From NCBI GenBank assembly GCA_031119295.1, contig JAVHYE010000001.1, positions 671 through 64,670 on the forward strand: a DNA stretch of 64,000 nucleotides. Direction: 5' to 3'. Each line of letters begins with the position of its first letter. Within the stretch, counting starts at the first letter, position 1. The position numbers and the translations under genes are program-made. The DNA is from Pedobacter sp. (GTDB lineage: Bacteria > Pseudomonadota > Gammaproteobacteria > Pseudomonadales > Moraxellaceae). This document shows positions 18,309-27,594 of the stretch, piece by piece. The notes beneath the pieces are model-generated. The model did no database searches. It saw only the letters and a program-made list of their open reading frames with translations, and was not told the origin of the DNA.

Positions 18309-20258
18309 ATGAATTTCTTCGAGCATCAGGCAAACGCCCGGCGTCAGACCGGGCGTTTGCTTGTCTATTTCACGCTGGCCGTTGTGCTCACCATTGCGGC
18401 CGTAAACACCGGCCTGTTTGTGCTTGGCAGTCTCATCAATGCCTCCCATGGTCATTGGTACTGGCACGACTGGTCAGCGCAGGCCGTGGTCGCGGTCTTG
18501 CTGGTGGTACTGGGCGGCAGCCTGCTTGAGTTTTTGCGTTTGCGTGGTGGCGGCAAGGCGATTGCCGAGCTGATGGGCGGGCGCCGCATTGATTTTGCGA
18601 CCACGGATGCCAAAGAGCGCCAGTTCATCAATGTCGTCGCCGAGATGGCCATTGCTTCGGGCGTGCCGGCTCCGGTGCTTTATGTGATGGAGCGTGAATA
18701 CGGCATCAATGCTTTTGTCGCCGGTCTCAATATGGATGAAACGGTGATGGTGGTTACGGCCGGTGCGCTCGATGCGTTTGATCGTGACGAGTTGCAGGCG
18801 GTGGTGGGGCATGAGTTCAGTCATATCCTGAACGGCGATATGCGTCTCAATGTGCGTCTCATGGCCTTGCTGGCCGGCATCCTGGCCATAGGCCAGATTG
18901 GCGGCTTCATGATGCGGGTCGGTGCTGATTTCGGCTCATCAGGCAGTAGTTCCTCGCGCCGTGATCGCGGTTTTTCGCCGCATCTGATTGCGCTGGGTTT
19001 CATGCTCTGGGCGATAGGTGCGTTGGGCTTGTTCTTTGGTCGTCTCATCAAGGCCGCCATCTCGCGTCAGCGTGAATTCCTGGCCGATGCCTCCAGTGTG
19101 CAATTCACGCGCAATCCGGATGGTCTGGCCTCGGCGCTGCTGAAAATCAGGAATGGCAGCCAGCAATCCTGGCTGGGCAATGTGCGTGCCGAATCCATGA
19201 GCCATATGTGTTTTGGCGAAACCCTGCGCTTTTCCGATTTTTTTGCCACCCACCCGCCACTGGAAGAGCGCATTGCGGTATTGGGCAAGCACTATCTTGT
19301 GCGTGATCGCGCGCGCCAGCGTGTACAGCGCCGGCAAACGGAAACGGCAGCCCAGGTAGCCTTGGCACAGGAGCTGCCGTTGGCGGAAAAGCCGCGGGAT
19401 CTGCCGCCCATTCCTTTTATCGATAATCCGGCCATGCCATCAGCGCCACAGATGCTGGCACTGGCAGCGCCTGCAGCTGCGCTGGTGGCGCGTGCGGGAA
19501 CGGTGCGGCCGGAGGAGCTGGAGTCGGCGCGCGAGCTGCATCGTCGTTTGCCTGTCGGCATACAGCAGGCGCTGCAGGGGAGTGCTGGTGCACAGGCCTT
19601 GTTGTACGCACTGATGGCCAGACAGAGTGCCGCGCCAGAGGCGGTGGTACAGGCCTTCCTGCAAAAGCAGGAGCCGCAGTTGCTGGCCCAGGTGAATATT
19701 CTTTTTCGCCTGCTGGAGGGTTTGGATCTCTGCTATGCACTGCCTCTGACCGAGCTTGCCCTGCCGCGCCTGCAATTACTGGATGCCGCAACACAGCGCA
19801 GTTTTCTCGGTCGTCTGCAGGCGTTTGCCCAACTGGATCGCCGTCTCAGTACTTTTGAATTTGCCCTGCTCATGCTGTTGCGCAAGCAGTTGCATATCGG
19901 CCCCAAACCCAGGGCTGTGAAGCTGGCACAGTGCACGCCGCTGGTGGCCTCCATGGTGGCGACTTTCCTGCGCACGGGCGGTATGGAAGGTGAAAAACTG
20001 GAGCGTACTTATCTGCGCCTTATGCGCACTGTGACAATGGCGCCACCGGCTTTGCCGGGACAGGAATTCACCCGTCTTTCGCAGTTGGCCATGGGCATGC
20101 AGGTGTTGGGTGGCTTGTCGCTGGTGGAGCGCAGGAGTTTGCTGGAACTGGCGGCAACAGCTGTGCTGGCGGATGCGGAAATACGGCTGGAGGAATATGA
20201 ATTGCTGCGTGTGGTAGCGGCGCTTCTGGACTGCCCCATGCCCAAGCTTGCGGCATGA
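18309..20258 (+). CDS. M48 (HtpX-like) zinc metallopeptidase with a ~315-aa C-terminal helical extension
   Basis: 649 aa: two TM helices, HEFSH (nt 18810-18824), two more TM helices, REFLADASSVQFTRNP...HPPLEERI, then a long Leu/Ala-rich helical region. Starts 16 nt after lemA. Confidence 0.85.
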   Translation: MNFFEHQANARRQTGRLLVYFTLAVVLTIAAVNTGLFVLGSLINASHGHWYWHDWSAQAVVAVLLVVLGGSLLEFLRLRGGGKAIAELMGGRRIDFATTDAKERQFINVVAEMAIASGVPAPVLYVMEREYGINAFVAGLNMDETVMVVTAGALDAFDRDELQAVVGHEFSHILNGDMRLNVRLMALLAGILAIGQIGGFMMRVGADFGSSGSSSSRRDRGFSPHLIALGFMLWAIGALGLFFGRLIKAAISRQREFLADASSVQFTRNPDGLASALLKIRNGSQQSWLGNVRAESMSHMCFGETLRFSDFFATHPPLEERIAVLGKHYLVRDRARQRVQRRQTETAAQVALAQELPLAEKPRDLPPIPFIDNPAMPSAPQMLALAAPAAALVARAGTVRPEELESARELHRRLPVGIQQALQGSAGAQALLYALMARQSAAPEAVVQAFLQKQEPQLLAQVNILFRLLEGLDLCYALPLTELALPRLQLLDAATQRSFLGRLQAFAQLDRRLSTFEFALLMLLRKQLHIGPKPRAVKLAQCTPLVASMVATFLRTGGMEGEKLERTYLRLMRTVTMAPPALPGQEFTRLSQLAMGMQVLGGLSLVERRSLLELAATAVLADAEIRLEEYELLRVVAALLDCPMPKLAA

Positions 20259-20460
20259 AATGCCCTGCATCGGTGCGGTTTGCAGGCTGGATGACAGGCG
20301 TGTGAACACCGTTTTCGGGACGATTGCAAGGCGCTTGCATTCCGTGTCTAATCGGGCCGTTCCGTTGTAAACGACTATCACGAACCGGATGTTCAAAACA
20401 GGCGGTTGCTGTGGATGGGATGCTTCAGCGGCGGTCTGAATTAGTTTGAGGTTCGCAACA

Positions 20461-20673
20461 ATGTCTAATCGTGAACAGGGCACCGTCAAGTGGTTCAACG
20501 ATGCCAAAGGTTTCGGCTTTATCCAGCGTCCGGGTGGTGAAGATGTGTTCGTGCATTTCCGCGCCATTCGCGGTGACGGCCATCGCTCGCTGAAGGACGG
20601 CCAGAAGGTCGAATTCACCGTGGTGAAGGGCCAGAAGGGTTTCCAGGCCGAAGACGTCCAGCCGATCGACTGA
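20461..20673 (+). CDS. Cold-shock protein (CspA family)
   Basis: 70 aa from the ATG at 20461: [33 protein letters not shown] (RNP1/RNP2 motifs). A ~200-nt upstream non-coding leader fits csp genes. Confidence 0.93.
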   Translation: MSNREQGTVKWFNDAKGFGFIQRPGGEDVFVHFRAIRGDGHRSLKDGQKVEFTVVKGQKGFQAEDVQPID

Positions 20674-20682
20674 AAACCGGAT

Positions 20683-20718
20683 AAAGCCCCGCCCTCAAAA
20701 GCGGGGCTTTGTTTTTTT
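20683..20718. terminator. Bidirectional intrinsic terminator (csp / convergent acyltransferase gene)
   Basis: AAAGCCCCGCcctcaaaaGCGGGGCTTTgttttttt: 10-bp stem plus a T-run. Confidence 0.8.
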
Positions 20719-20723
20719 CATCG

Positions 20724-21938
20724 TTACCTTTCTTTCATGCCAGATGCAGGATGCATACTGGTCATGTCTTCTATTTTTCTTTTCTCCATTTCGTCTGCGA
20801 CGCTGTTCTGCCGATAGGGCAGTACGCTGGCCGCTTCTTCGGCATAGCGCCTGACGGCCACGCTTTCTTCCTGAACAAAACGCTGAATTGCCGTCCGGAA
20901 TCCCGGCTCTTCCAGCCAGTGCAAGGAGTGGGTCAGTCGCGGGGCAAAACCGCGCAGCAATTTGTGCTCGCCCTGTGTGCCCGGATCAAAGTCACGCAAG
21001 CCCAGCTCCATGCAGAACTCCATTCCCTGGTAATAGCAAAGCTCGAAGTGCAGGCCGTCTGCCCGGCGCAGACAGCCCCAGTAGCGTCCATACAGCGTGC
21101 TGGCGTTGTGCAGGAAGAGGGCGCTGGCCATGGGGCCGTCGCTGTCTTCGGCCAGGGCCAGCATGAGCTGCGAGGGCTGGGCCGCGGCCAGCTGCCGGAA
21201 GAAGTCGCGGTTGAGGTAAGGGCGTTGGCCGTGTTCGAAATAGGTCTGCTGGTAGCAGGCCCAGAAGAAGTCCCAGTCTGCCTCGCTGATCTCCTGGCCG
21301 CGCAGGCGGCGGCATCGGACGCCGGCCTCCTGCAGCAGCCGGCGTTCACGCCGCAGGTCCTTGCGTTTCTTGCTGGTGAGGAGGGCGAGGAAGTCCTCGA
21401 AGTTGCGATAGTCCCGGTTTTCCCAGTGGAAGCGGCAACCTTCGCGCCGGGCCAGGCCGGCCTCTGCTCCAGCCGCCAGCCACTCTTCTTCCACGAAGAG
21501 GCCATGCCAGCCGGAAAGCGCTTGCGAGCTGCATTCGGCCTTGATGGCTTCCAGCACCGTGCTTATCCAGTCTGATGGCTTTTCGCCAGAAGCCAGCAGG
21601 AGGCGCGGGCCCGGTACCGGCGTAAAGGGAATGGCGCTCACGAGTTTCGGGTAGTAGGGCAGGCCGTGGCGCTCGTAGGCGCCGGCCCAGGCATGGTCGA
21701 AGACGTATTCGCCCCGTGAGTCCTGTTTGCGGTAGAGCGGCAGCAGGGCCAGAGGCTGGTCATCACGCTCAAACAGGAGGTGGCAGGGCTGCCATGCCGT
21801 CGCGGGGCCGACAGCGCCGGAGCTCTCCAGCGCCTTGAGAAAACCGGGGTGCAGGAAGGGGTCGGCAGGGCAGCAATTCAGCAGCAGCTCGCCAGCCTCG
21901 GCGATGCTGGAAAGGCGCCGCCAGGAAGGCGCTGTCAT
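20724..21938 (-). CDS. FemAB-like/GNAT-fold acyltransferase family protein (COG3146 / DUF482 type)
   Basis: Start moved to the ATG (comp. 21936-21938), 404 aa. MTAPSWRRL...[18 protein letters not shown]...[34 protein letters not shown]...[14 protein letters not shown] matches my memory of this family. Confidence 0.8.
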   Translation of the reverse strand: MTAPSWRRLSSIAEAGELLLNCCPADPFLHPGFLKALESSGAVGPATAWQPCHLLFERDDQPLALLPLYRKQDSRGEYVFDHAWAGAYERHGLPYYPKLVSAIPFTPVPGPRLLLASGEKPSDWISTVLEAIKAECSSQALSGWHGLFVEEEWLAAGAEAGLARREGCRFHWENRDYRNFEDFLALLTSKKRKDLRRERRLLQEAGVRCRRLRGQEISEADWDFFWACYQQTYFEHGQRPYLNRDFFRQLAAAQPSQLMLALAEDSDGPMASALFLHNASTLYGRYWGCLRRADGLHFELCYYQGMEFCMELGLRDFDPGTQGEHKLLRGFAPRLTHSLHWLEEPGFRTAIQRFVQEESVAVRRYAEEAASVLPYRQNSVADEMEKRKIEDMTSMHPASGMKER

Positions 21939-22097
21939 AGGTATAAGCCTAATGGAAACAAGTGCTTGAAATGCGTAAGCTTGGGCGTTGCATTTTGGGC
22001 GGTCAAGGACCTGACTCCCCATGTATGCGGTTTGCCGGTTGTTAGTGGTTATTCCATCGCCGGTTTTTTTGCCTTGTGGCATTCAAGGACTTCTTCA

Positions 22098-22712
22098 ATG
22101 AAAAAGAAACACATCATCGTGCTGATCTATATCGCACTGGCACTGGGCGCCGCGATCAATGGCGTGGTCATGATGCTGGCTCCCGACTCCTGGTTTCACG
22201 CCATGCCGGTGCCGCTGGAAAAAGGCGCTACGCCTTTTTACTTCATTTATCTTCTGGGCATCGCCAGTCTGACGGTTTCACCGCTTTTCTACTGGTGCTC
22301 GCGAAATCTGAAAAAGCGCAAACCGGTGCATCTGGCGCTGACATTTTTCATGGTGGGCGTTGCCACGGTGACCGCGTCGGATGTGGCGCTGGCTCCCGTC
22401 ATTCCGGCTGAGCCCGCATTCTGGTTGCCGCTTTTATCGCTGGTTTTCCTGCCCGCCCTCATCATGCTGGTCATGGCGCTGCCACCACTGCCGGCCAGGG
22501 TGAAAGGCCCGCGCGAGCAGGGACTGGTGAAGTGGTTCAATGCCACCAAGGGTTTCGGTTTCATCACGCGTGCCCAGGGCGACGATGTGTTTGTGCATTA
22601 CCGCTCCATACGTGGCGAAGGACACCGCACCCTGCGCGAAGGCCAGAAAGTGGAGTTCGTGGTGATGAAGGGTGAGAAAGGCCTGCAGGCCGAAGATGTA
22701 CAGCCGCTCTGA
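22098..22712 (+). CDS. Membrane-anchored cold-shock-domain protein (4 predicted TM helices + C-terminal CSD)
   Basis: 204 aa from the ATG at 22098 ([22 protein letters not shown]...). Four hydrophobic helices with positive-inside loops (KKK, NLKKRKP, ARVK). Residues 139-204 read [33 protein letters not shown]...VQPL, a complete CSD. Confidence 0.8.
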   Translation: MKKKHIIVLIYIALALGAAINGVVMMLAPDSWFHAMPVPLEKGATPFYFIYLLGIASLTVSPLFYWCSRNLKKRKPVHLALTFFMVGVATVTASDVALAPVIPAEPAFWLPLLSLVFLPALIMLVMALPPLPARVKGPREQGLVKWFNATKGFGFITRAQGDDVFVHYRSIRGEGHRTLREGQKVEFVVMKGEKGLQAEDVQPL

Positions 22713-22739
22713 GCCGCTGTGCGCGGCAGGAAATCAAAA

Positions 22740-23489
22740 ATGACGACAACGAAAAAACGCTATCACGAGCCGGCCCCGCAGATTGATGTCGAAGAATTCC
22801 GCAAGGTGGTGCAAAGCCGCCGCTCGGTGCGCAAGTTTGACGACACGCCGATACCGGATGCTGTCCTCAACGATTGCATAGACCTGGCCCTGCTGGCGCC
22901 CAACTCTTCCAATCTGCAGCCCTGGGAATTCCATGTGGTGAAAACCCCGGCCCTGCAGAAAGAACTGGCCGATGCCTGCCTGGCCCAGAATGCAGCGACC
23001 ACGGCCAAGGCGCTGGTGGTGATAGTGGCGCGTCTGGATACCTGGCATGAGCACAGCGACATGATGCTGGATGCATGGCCGCTGGAAACGGCCATGCCCA
23101 AGATCGTCGACAACTACTACCGCAAATTCGCCAAGATCCATTACACGCAGGGGCCGCTGAATTCTTTCGGTCTCGGCAAGCGCGCCTTTGCCTCGGTGGC
23201 AGGCCTCAAGCGTGCCGTGCCGCGTGGTCCCTTCACCCATGCCGACATGCGCGTATGGGCCGCCAAGACCGTGGCGCTGGCTTCCGAGAATTTCATGCTG
23301 GCCATGCGTGCCCATGGCTTCGATACCTGCCCCATGGAAGGTTTTGACGAGCACCGCGTGCGACGCCTGCTCAAGCTGTCTGGTGACAGCTTCGTGGTGA
23401 TGGTCGTGGGTTGTGGCAAGCGTGCGTCTGACGGCATTTATCACCCGCGTATACGTTTTGAGCGCGAACGCTTCGTGAAGGAACACTGA
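22740..23489 (+). CDS. Nitroreductase family protein
   Basis: 249 aa. RRSVRKFDDTPIPDAVL...LAPNSSNLQPWEF is the nitroreductase N-terminal signature. Confidence 0.85.
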   Translation: MTTTKKRYHEPAPQIDVEEFRKVVQSRRSVRKFDDTPIPDAVLNDCIDLALLAPNSSNLQPWEFHVVKTPALQKELADACLAQNAATTAKALVVIVARLDTWHEHSDMMLDAWPLETAMPKIVDNYYRKFAKIHYTQGPLNSFGLGKRAFASVAGLKRAVPRGPFTHADMRVWAAKTVALASENFMLAMRAHGFDTCPMEGFDEHRVRRLLKLSGDSFVVMVVGCGKRASDGIYHPRIRFERERFVKEH

Positions 23490-23491
23490 GC

Positions 23492-24448
23492 ATGAAAAAG
23501 CTGACATGGACGGCCGTGATACTTGCTGTATTGGGCGTGGGCTTGTTTATCGGGCGCAACTATCTCGGCCTGACCGATATCCCGGCCAGCACCCTGCGCG
23601 AGCAGTATGGCAACGGTGCCTATTTTGTGGATGTGCTGGGCACACAGGTGCGTGTGAAAGAGGCCGGGCAGGGCGAGCCGTTGTTGCTGCTGCATGGCTT
23701 TGCCTCTTCTGCTGATACCTGGGATGGCTGGCTGGCGCGTCTGTCGCCGCATTACCGCGTGATTGCTGTTGATGTGGCGCCGTTTGCCGTGACCGGTCCC
23801 TTGCCGGGCCGCACCATGTCGCCGGCCGAGTTGCAGAACTTCATGGATGCGCTGGTGCAGAAGCTGGGACTGTCGCAGTTCTATCTCGGTGGCAATTCCC
23901 TGGGCGGCTATATCTCCTGGAATTACGCCCTGCGTCATCCGGAGCAGGTGAAAAAACTCATCCTGGTGGATGCTGCCGGCTATCCCATGGCAGCGCCTTT
24001 GCCGGTCAAACTCATGCAGACACCGGTGCTGCGTGATATCACGGCGCATCTCTCGCCGCGCTTCATCGTTGCGCAAAGTGTGCGCGATGTTTATGGCCAT
24101 CCGGAAAACGTGACCGAGGCACAAATCCAGCGCTATCACGACATGATGCGTCGGGAAGATGCCCGTGCTGCTGTTTCCGATCTGGTCAGCAGTCTTGATT
24201 TCAATGCTGCCGGCATCACCGCGATCAAAGTACCCACCCTGATTTTGTGGGGGGCTCGTGACAAATGGATTCCGCCTGAACATGCCGCCTTTTTTCATCG
24301 CGACATCGCCGGCAGCCAGCTCATCATGTATGACGAGCTGGGTCACATCCCCATGGAAGAAGACCCGGGCCGCACCTCTCTGGATGCTGCCCGTTTCCTG
24401 ATGGGCGCAACGTCTGCTCCCGTCCCTGCTGTTTCCGCTTCTTTGTGA
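23492..24448 (+). CDS. Alpha/beta hydrolase with an N-terminal membrane anchor or signal
   Basis: 318 aa. [10 protein letters not shown], nucleophile elbow GNSLGG, and C-terminal ELGHIPMEE. Starts 2 nt after the nitroreductase stop. Confidence 0.85.
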   Translation: MKKLTWTAVILAVLGVGLFIGRNYLGLTDIPASTLREQYGNGAYFVDVLGTQVRVKEAGQGEPLLLLHGFASSADTWDGWLARLSPHYRVIAVDVAPFAVTGPLPGRTMSPAELQNFMDALVQKLGLSQFYLGGNSLGGYISWNYALRHPEQVKKLILVDAAGYPMAAPLPVKLMQTPVLRDITAHLSPRFIVAQSVRDVYGHPENVTEAQIQRYHDMMRREDARAAVSDLVSSLDFNAAGITAIKVPTLILWGARDKWIPPEHAAFFHRDIAGSQLIMYDELGHIPMEEDPGRTSLDAARFLMGATSAPVPAVSASL

Positions 24449-25755
24449 GTTCCTCTTCTGTGAGTACTGAAAGCCAAGACCGTTTCCATTACGACCCCAC
24501 CGGCTGGGATGCCGCCAGCTACGATGTGCCGGCAGAGGAAGGGAAGCTGCGCTTTTCTGATCTCGGCTTGCCGACGCCCGTGCTGCATGCCATTGCCGAT
24601 CTGGGTTTCCAGTACTGCACACCCATCCAGCAGCGTGTGCTGCGCTTCACCATGAGTGGCCACGATTCCATAGGTCGTGCCCAGACCGGCACCGGCAAGA
24701 CGGCAGCTTTCCTGCTCACCATACTCACCGACCTGCTGAAGAATCCGCCGGATGAAGAGCGTTATACCGGTGAGCCGCGAGCCCTCATTCTCGCGCCGAC
24801 GCGTGAGCTGGCCATGCAGATTGCCAAGGATGCCCAGTCCCTGGCCAAGTACACCGACCTCAAGATCGTCACCGTGCTGGGCGGCATGGATTACGACAAG
24901 CAGCGCAAGCAGCTCACCGAGGATTTCGTGGACATCGTGGTGGCGACACCGGGCCGTCTCATCGATTTCGCCGGCAAGCAAGATGTCTATCTGGATCGTG
25001 TGGAAACGCTGGTGATTGATGAAGCCGACCGCATGCTGGACATGGGCTTCATTCCCGATGTGAAGCGCATCGTGCGCATGACGCCACCCAAGTCGAGTCG
25101 CCAGACCCTGCTGTTCTCCGCCACTTTCACGCGTGATGTGATCAATCTCGCCGAGCAGTGGACCCATAACGCCATCAAGGTGGAAATCGAGCCCGAAAGC
25201 GTGACCACGGAGAATGTGGAGCAGCTGGTCTATATCACGACCACGGAAGACAAATACAAGCTGCTCTACAACCTCATCGTGCAGAACAATCTCGAGCGCG
25301 TGATGGTGTTTGCCAATCGTCGTGACCAGACGCGCAAGCTTTCGGAAATGCTGCGGGATCACCGCATTTCCTGTGCCCTGCTTTCGGGTGATGTGCCGCA
25401 GGACAAGCGCGTGAAGACGCTGGAAAATTTCCGTGCCGGCAAGATCAAGGTACTGGTGGCGACGGATGTGGCCGGTCGTGGCATCCATGTGGATGGTGTC
25501 AGCCATGTGGTGAATTTCACCCTGCCTGAACAGACCGATGACTATGTGCACCGCATAGGCCGTACCGGCCGTGCCGGCACTTCCGGTACCAGTGTGAGCT
25601 TCGCCTGTGAGGATGATGCCTTCATGATTCCCAAGATCGAGGAGGCCATAGGCCGCAAGCTGCCCAGCAAATATCCGGAAGAGGAATTGCTGACTCCCAT
25701 TCCGCCCGTTCGTGGTGAACGCCAGCGCAATAGCGACAAGGATGCTCAGGAATGA
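24445..25755 (+). CDS. rhlB: DEAD-box ATP-dependent RNA helicase, RhlB-like
   Basis: 436 aa with [26 protein letters not shown] and [10 protein letters not shown] motifs. GTG start (24445 or in-frame 24460). GTGA overlap with the hydrolase stop. Confidence 0.88.
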   Translation: MSSSSVSTESQDRFHYDPTGWDAASYDVPAEEGKLRFSDLGLPTPVLHAIADLGFQYCTPIQQRVLRFTMSGHDSIGRAQTGTGKTAAFLLTILTDLLKNPPDEERYTGEPRALILAPTRELAMQIAKDAQSLAKYTDLKIVTVLGGMDYDKQRKQLTEDFVDIVVATPGRLIDFAGKQDVYLDRVETLVIDEADRMLDMGFIPDVKRIVRMTPPKSSRQTLLFSATFTRDVINLAEQWTHNAIKVEIEPESVTTENVEQLVYITTTEDKYKLLYNLIVQNNLERVMVFANRRDQTRKLSEMLRDHRISCALLSGDVPQDKRVKTLENFRAGKIKVLVATDVAGRGIHVDGVSHVVNFTLPEQTDDYVHRIGRTGRAGTSGTSVSFACEDDAFMIPKIEEAIGRKLPSKYPEEELLTPIPPVRGERQRNSDKDAQE

Positions 25756-26063
25756 GCTGGCAGCGCATTGCGCCTGAGGCTGCTGCCGAGCTGATTGCCA
25801 CGCGCCAGCCGGCGCTGGTGGATGTGCGCGATGAGCATTCCTTTCGCGCGGCCCGTATTCCCGGAGCCCTGCGTCTGGATAACCAGTCGGTGCAGGATTT
25901 CATTGAGGACACGGACAAGTCTGTGCCGGTGCTGGTGTATTGCTATCACGGCAATTCCAGCCAGAGTGCAGCGGCGTGGTTGTCGGAAAAGGGCTTTGTC
26001 GAGGTCTACAGCCTGGATGGCGGCTTCGAGTACTGGCGTGGCCAGTATGCAGTAGAGTCGTAA
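25752..26063 (+). CDS. glpE: Rhodanese-domain thiosulfate sulfurtransferase GlpE
   Basis: 103 aa. The active-site loop YCYHGNSS and [10 protein letters not shown] align with E. coli GlpE (MCYHGNSS...YSIDGGFEAW). ATGA overlap with rhlB. Confidence 0.88.
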   Translation: MSWQRIAPEAAAELIATRQPALVDVRDEHSFRAARIPGALRLDNQSVQDFIEDTDKSVPVLVYCYHGNSSQSAAAWLSEKGFVEVYSLDGGFEYWRGQYAVES

Positions 26064-26080
26064 GCAAGAGTGTTAGACCA

Positions 26081-26117
26081 CCATAAAAAGCCCGCATTTT
26101 TGCGGGCTTTTTTATGG
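26081..26117. terminator. Bidirectional intrinsic terminator (glpE / LysR gene)
   Basis: CCATAAAAAGCCCGCAttttTGCGGGCTTTTTTATGG: a ~16-bp near-perfect inverted repeat. Confidence 0.8.
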
Positions 26118-26124
26118 TGCAGGC

Positions 26125-26997
26125 TCAGGGCCAGCTTTGCTCGAGAATCTGCCGCAGGGCCAGTATCAACTGGCTTTCTGCATTGTCACTGGCGGTGATG
26201 AAGCTCAGGTCGGCTTTCAATTCCAGATCGGGAAGGACAATGATCCGCCCCTGTCGTGCCAGTTCACCGGCCTGTGGTTCGCGCATCAGCGCGAGACCGA
26301 GGCCGGCCATGACCAGCTCGGGGAAATCAGCTTCCTGACCACCGGCCAGCACGGTTTTCGGATGCAGATTGTGTTGGCGCCAGAACTCCTGTTGCAGGGT
26401 GTGCTGGGCGGAAAACGGCAGCGCACCTATCCATGGCAGCTTGCCCAAGCTGCGCACATCGCCACTGATTTTTTCCTGCCAGTCCGGTGGCGCGATCACG
26501 CTGAAATGCAGCGTGGCCAGTGGCCAGCTCGCGACATTGCTATAGGGATTACGACCTATGAAAAAGCCGGCATCCAGCTCCTTCTTGCGCACGAGATTGA
26601 GGATGTCGCCGGACAGTCCCGGGCGCAGCTCTATGTCCAGCAGGGGATAACTGTCATGCAGGGTGCGGCAGAGTGGCCCCATGCGCAGCAGTCCCGGTGT
26701 CAGCGTGGTGCCCAGACGCAGGCGGGCGCGGGTATTGCCCGCCATCTGTTGTGCGCTTTCACGCAGGTGACGGGCGCCGGCCAGCAGGGTGCGGGCTTCT
26801 TCAATCAGTTCACTGCCGGCCCGGGTCAGGGCCACGCCGCCGGCAATACGTTCGAAGAGCGGCAGGCCGAATTCTTCTTCCAGTGCCTTGATCTGGGCGG
26901 TAACCGCCGGCTGGCTGAGATGCAGTACCTCGGCGGCTTGCGTGAGGTTGCCGTGCTCGGCCACGGTCACAAAGGTACGAAGCTGGTAAAGCTCCAT
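26125..26997 (-). CDS. LysR family transcriptional regulator
   Basis: 290 aa with the N-terminal HTH MELYQLRTFVTVAEHGNLTQAAEVLHLSQPAVTAQIKALEEEFG. Divergent from yjcH-actP-acs. Confidence 0.9.
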   Translation of the reverse strand: MELYQLRTFVTVAEHGNLTQAAEVLHLSQPAVTAQIKALEEEFGLPLFERIAGGVALTRAGSELIEEARTLLAGARHLRESAQQMAGNTRARLRLGTTLTPGLLRMGPLCRTLHDSYPLLDIELRPGLSGDILNLVRKKELDAGFFIGRNPYSNVASWPLATLHFSVIAPPDWQEKISGDVRSLGKLPWIGALPFSAQHTLQQEFWRQHNLHPKTVLAGGQEADFPELVMAGLGLALMREPQAGELARQGRIIVLPDLELKADLSFITASDNAESQLILALRQILEQSWP

Positions 26998-27270
26998 TCG
27001 GCACCTCTTCCTGGGGCCTGTTTGAGGCCGTATGAGAGTGTTTTATCGGGGTTTTTGACCCCGGTTTTCCAGTCTGACAATCACGCTTAAGTGACTGCTT
27101 CGACATGAATTTTCCTGTGCTGTATCAGCCTAGATTATTTTTCGCATAAAAAAATACGATTGGCTCAGCGCTTTGTTGCCTGCCTAGTCTCCAGCCATCC
27201 CAAAAATAGGGGCGGCCCGACGGATATGAGGACCGCCCAAGAATAATCACAACAGCGGCAGGAGAGCAGC

Positions 27271-27594
27271 ATGAATCAGTCAGCAATAGACTGGGCGGCG
27301 ATAGAGGCCGATCCGCGTTTTCAAAATCTGCATCGCCGAAAAAGCCGATTCCTCTGGAGTCTGATGGCATTTTCACTTTTTTATTATCTGCTGCTGCCCT
27401 TGGGTGCCGCCTATACGCCTGAGCTTTTCCACAAGCAGGTGTGGGGGCCTTTGAATTTCGGTCTCTTCTTTGCGCTGTCGGAATTTGTCGTGGCCTGGGG
27501 CGTGGCGGTGATTTATTCGCGTCGTGCCAATCGTGAGTTCGATGCACTGGCTGCTGAAATCGTCAAAGCCTATGGAGGGGTTCGTCATGAATAA
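27271..27594 (+). CDS. yjcH: DUF485 inner-membrane protein (YjcH-like)
   Basis: 107 aa with two TM helices. Immediately upstream of and overlapping actP, as in acs/actP loci. Confidence 0.85.
   Translation: MNQSAIDWAAIEADPRFQNLHRRKSRFLWSLMAFSLFYYLLLPLGAAYTPELFHKQVWGPLNFGLFFALSEFVVAWGVAVIYSRRANREFDALAAEIVKAYGGVRHE

Noticed and set aside
21780-22097. Long N-terminal extensions of the two divergent ORFs (20724-22082 and 21780-22712), which would overlap each other by ~300 nt
   Set aside because: Internal ATGs (comp. 21938 and 22098) give canonical family N-termini (MTAPSWRRL... and MKKKH + TM) and leave a sensible 159-bp divergent promoter region. Similar trimming was applied to aroQ, coxB, rplU, murJ, lspA, ispH and others.
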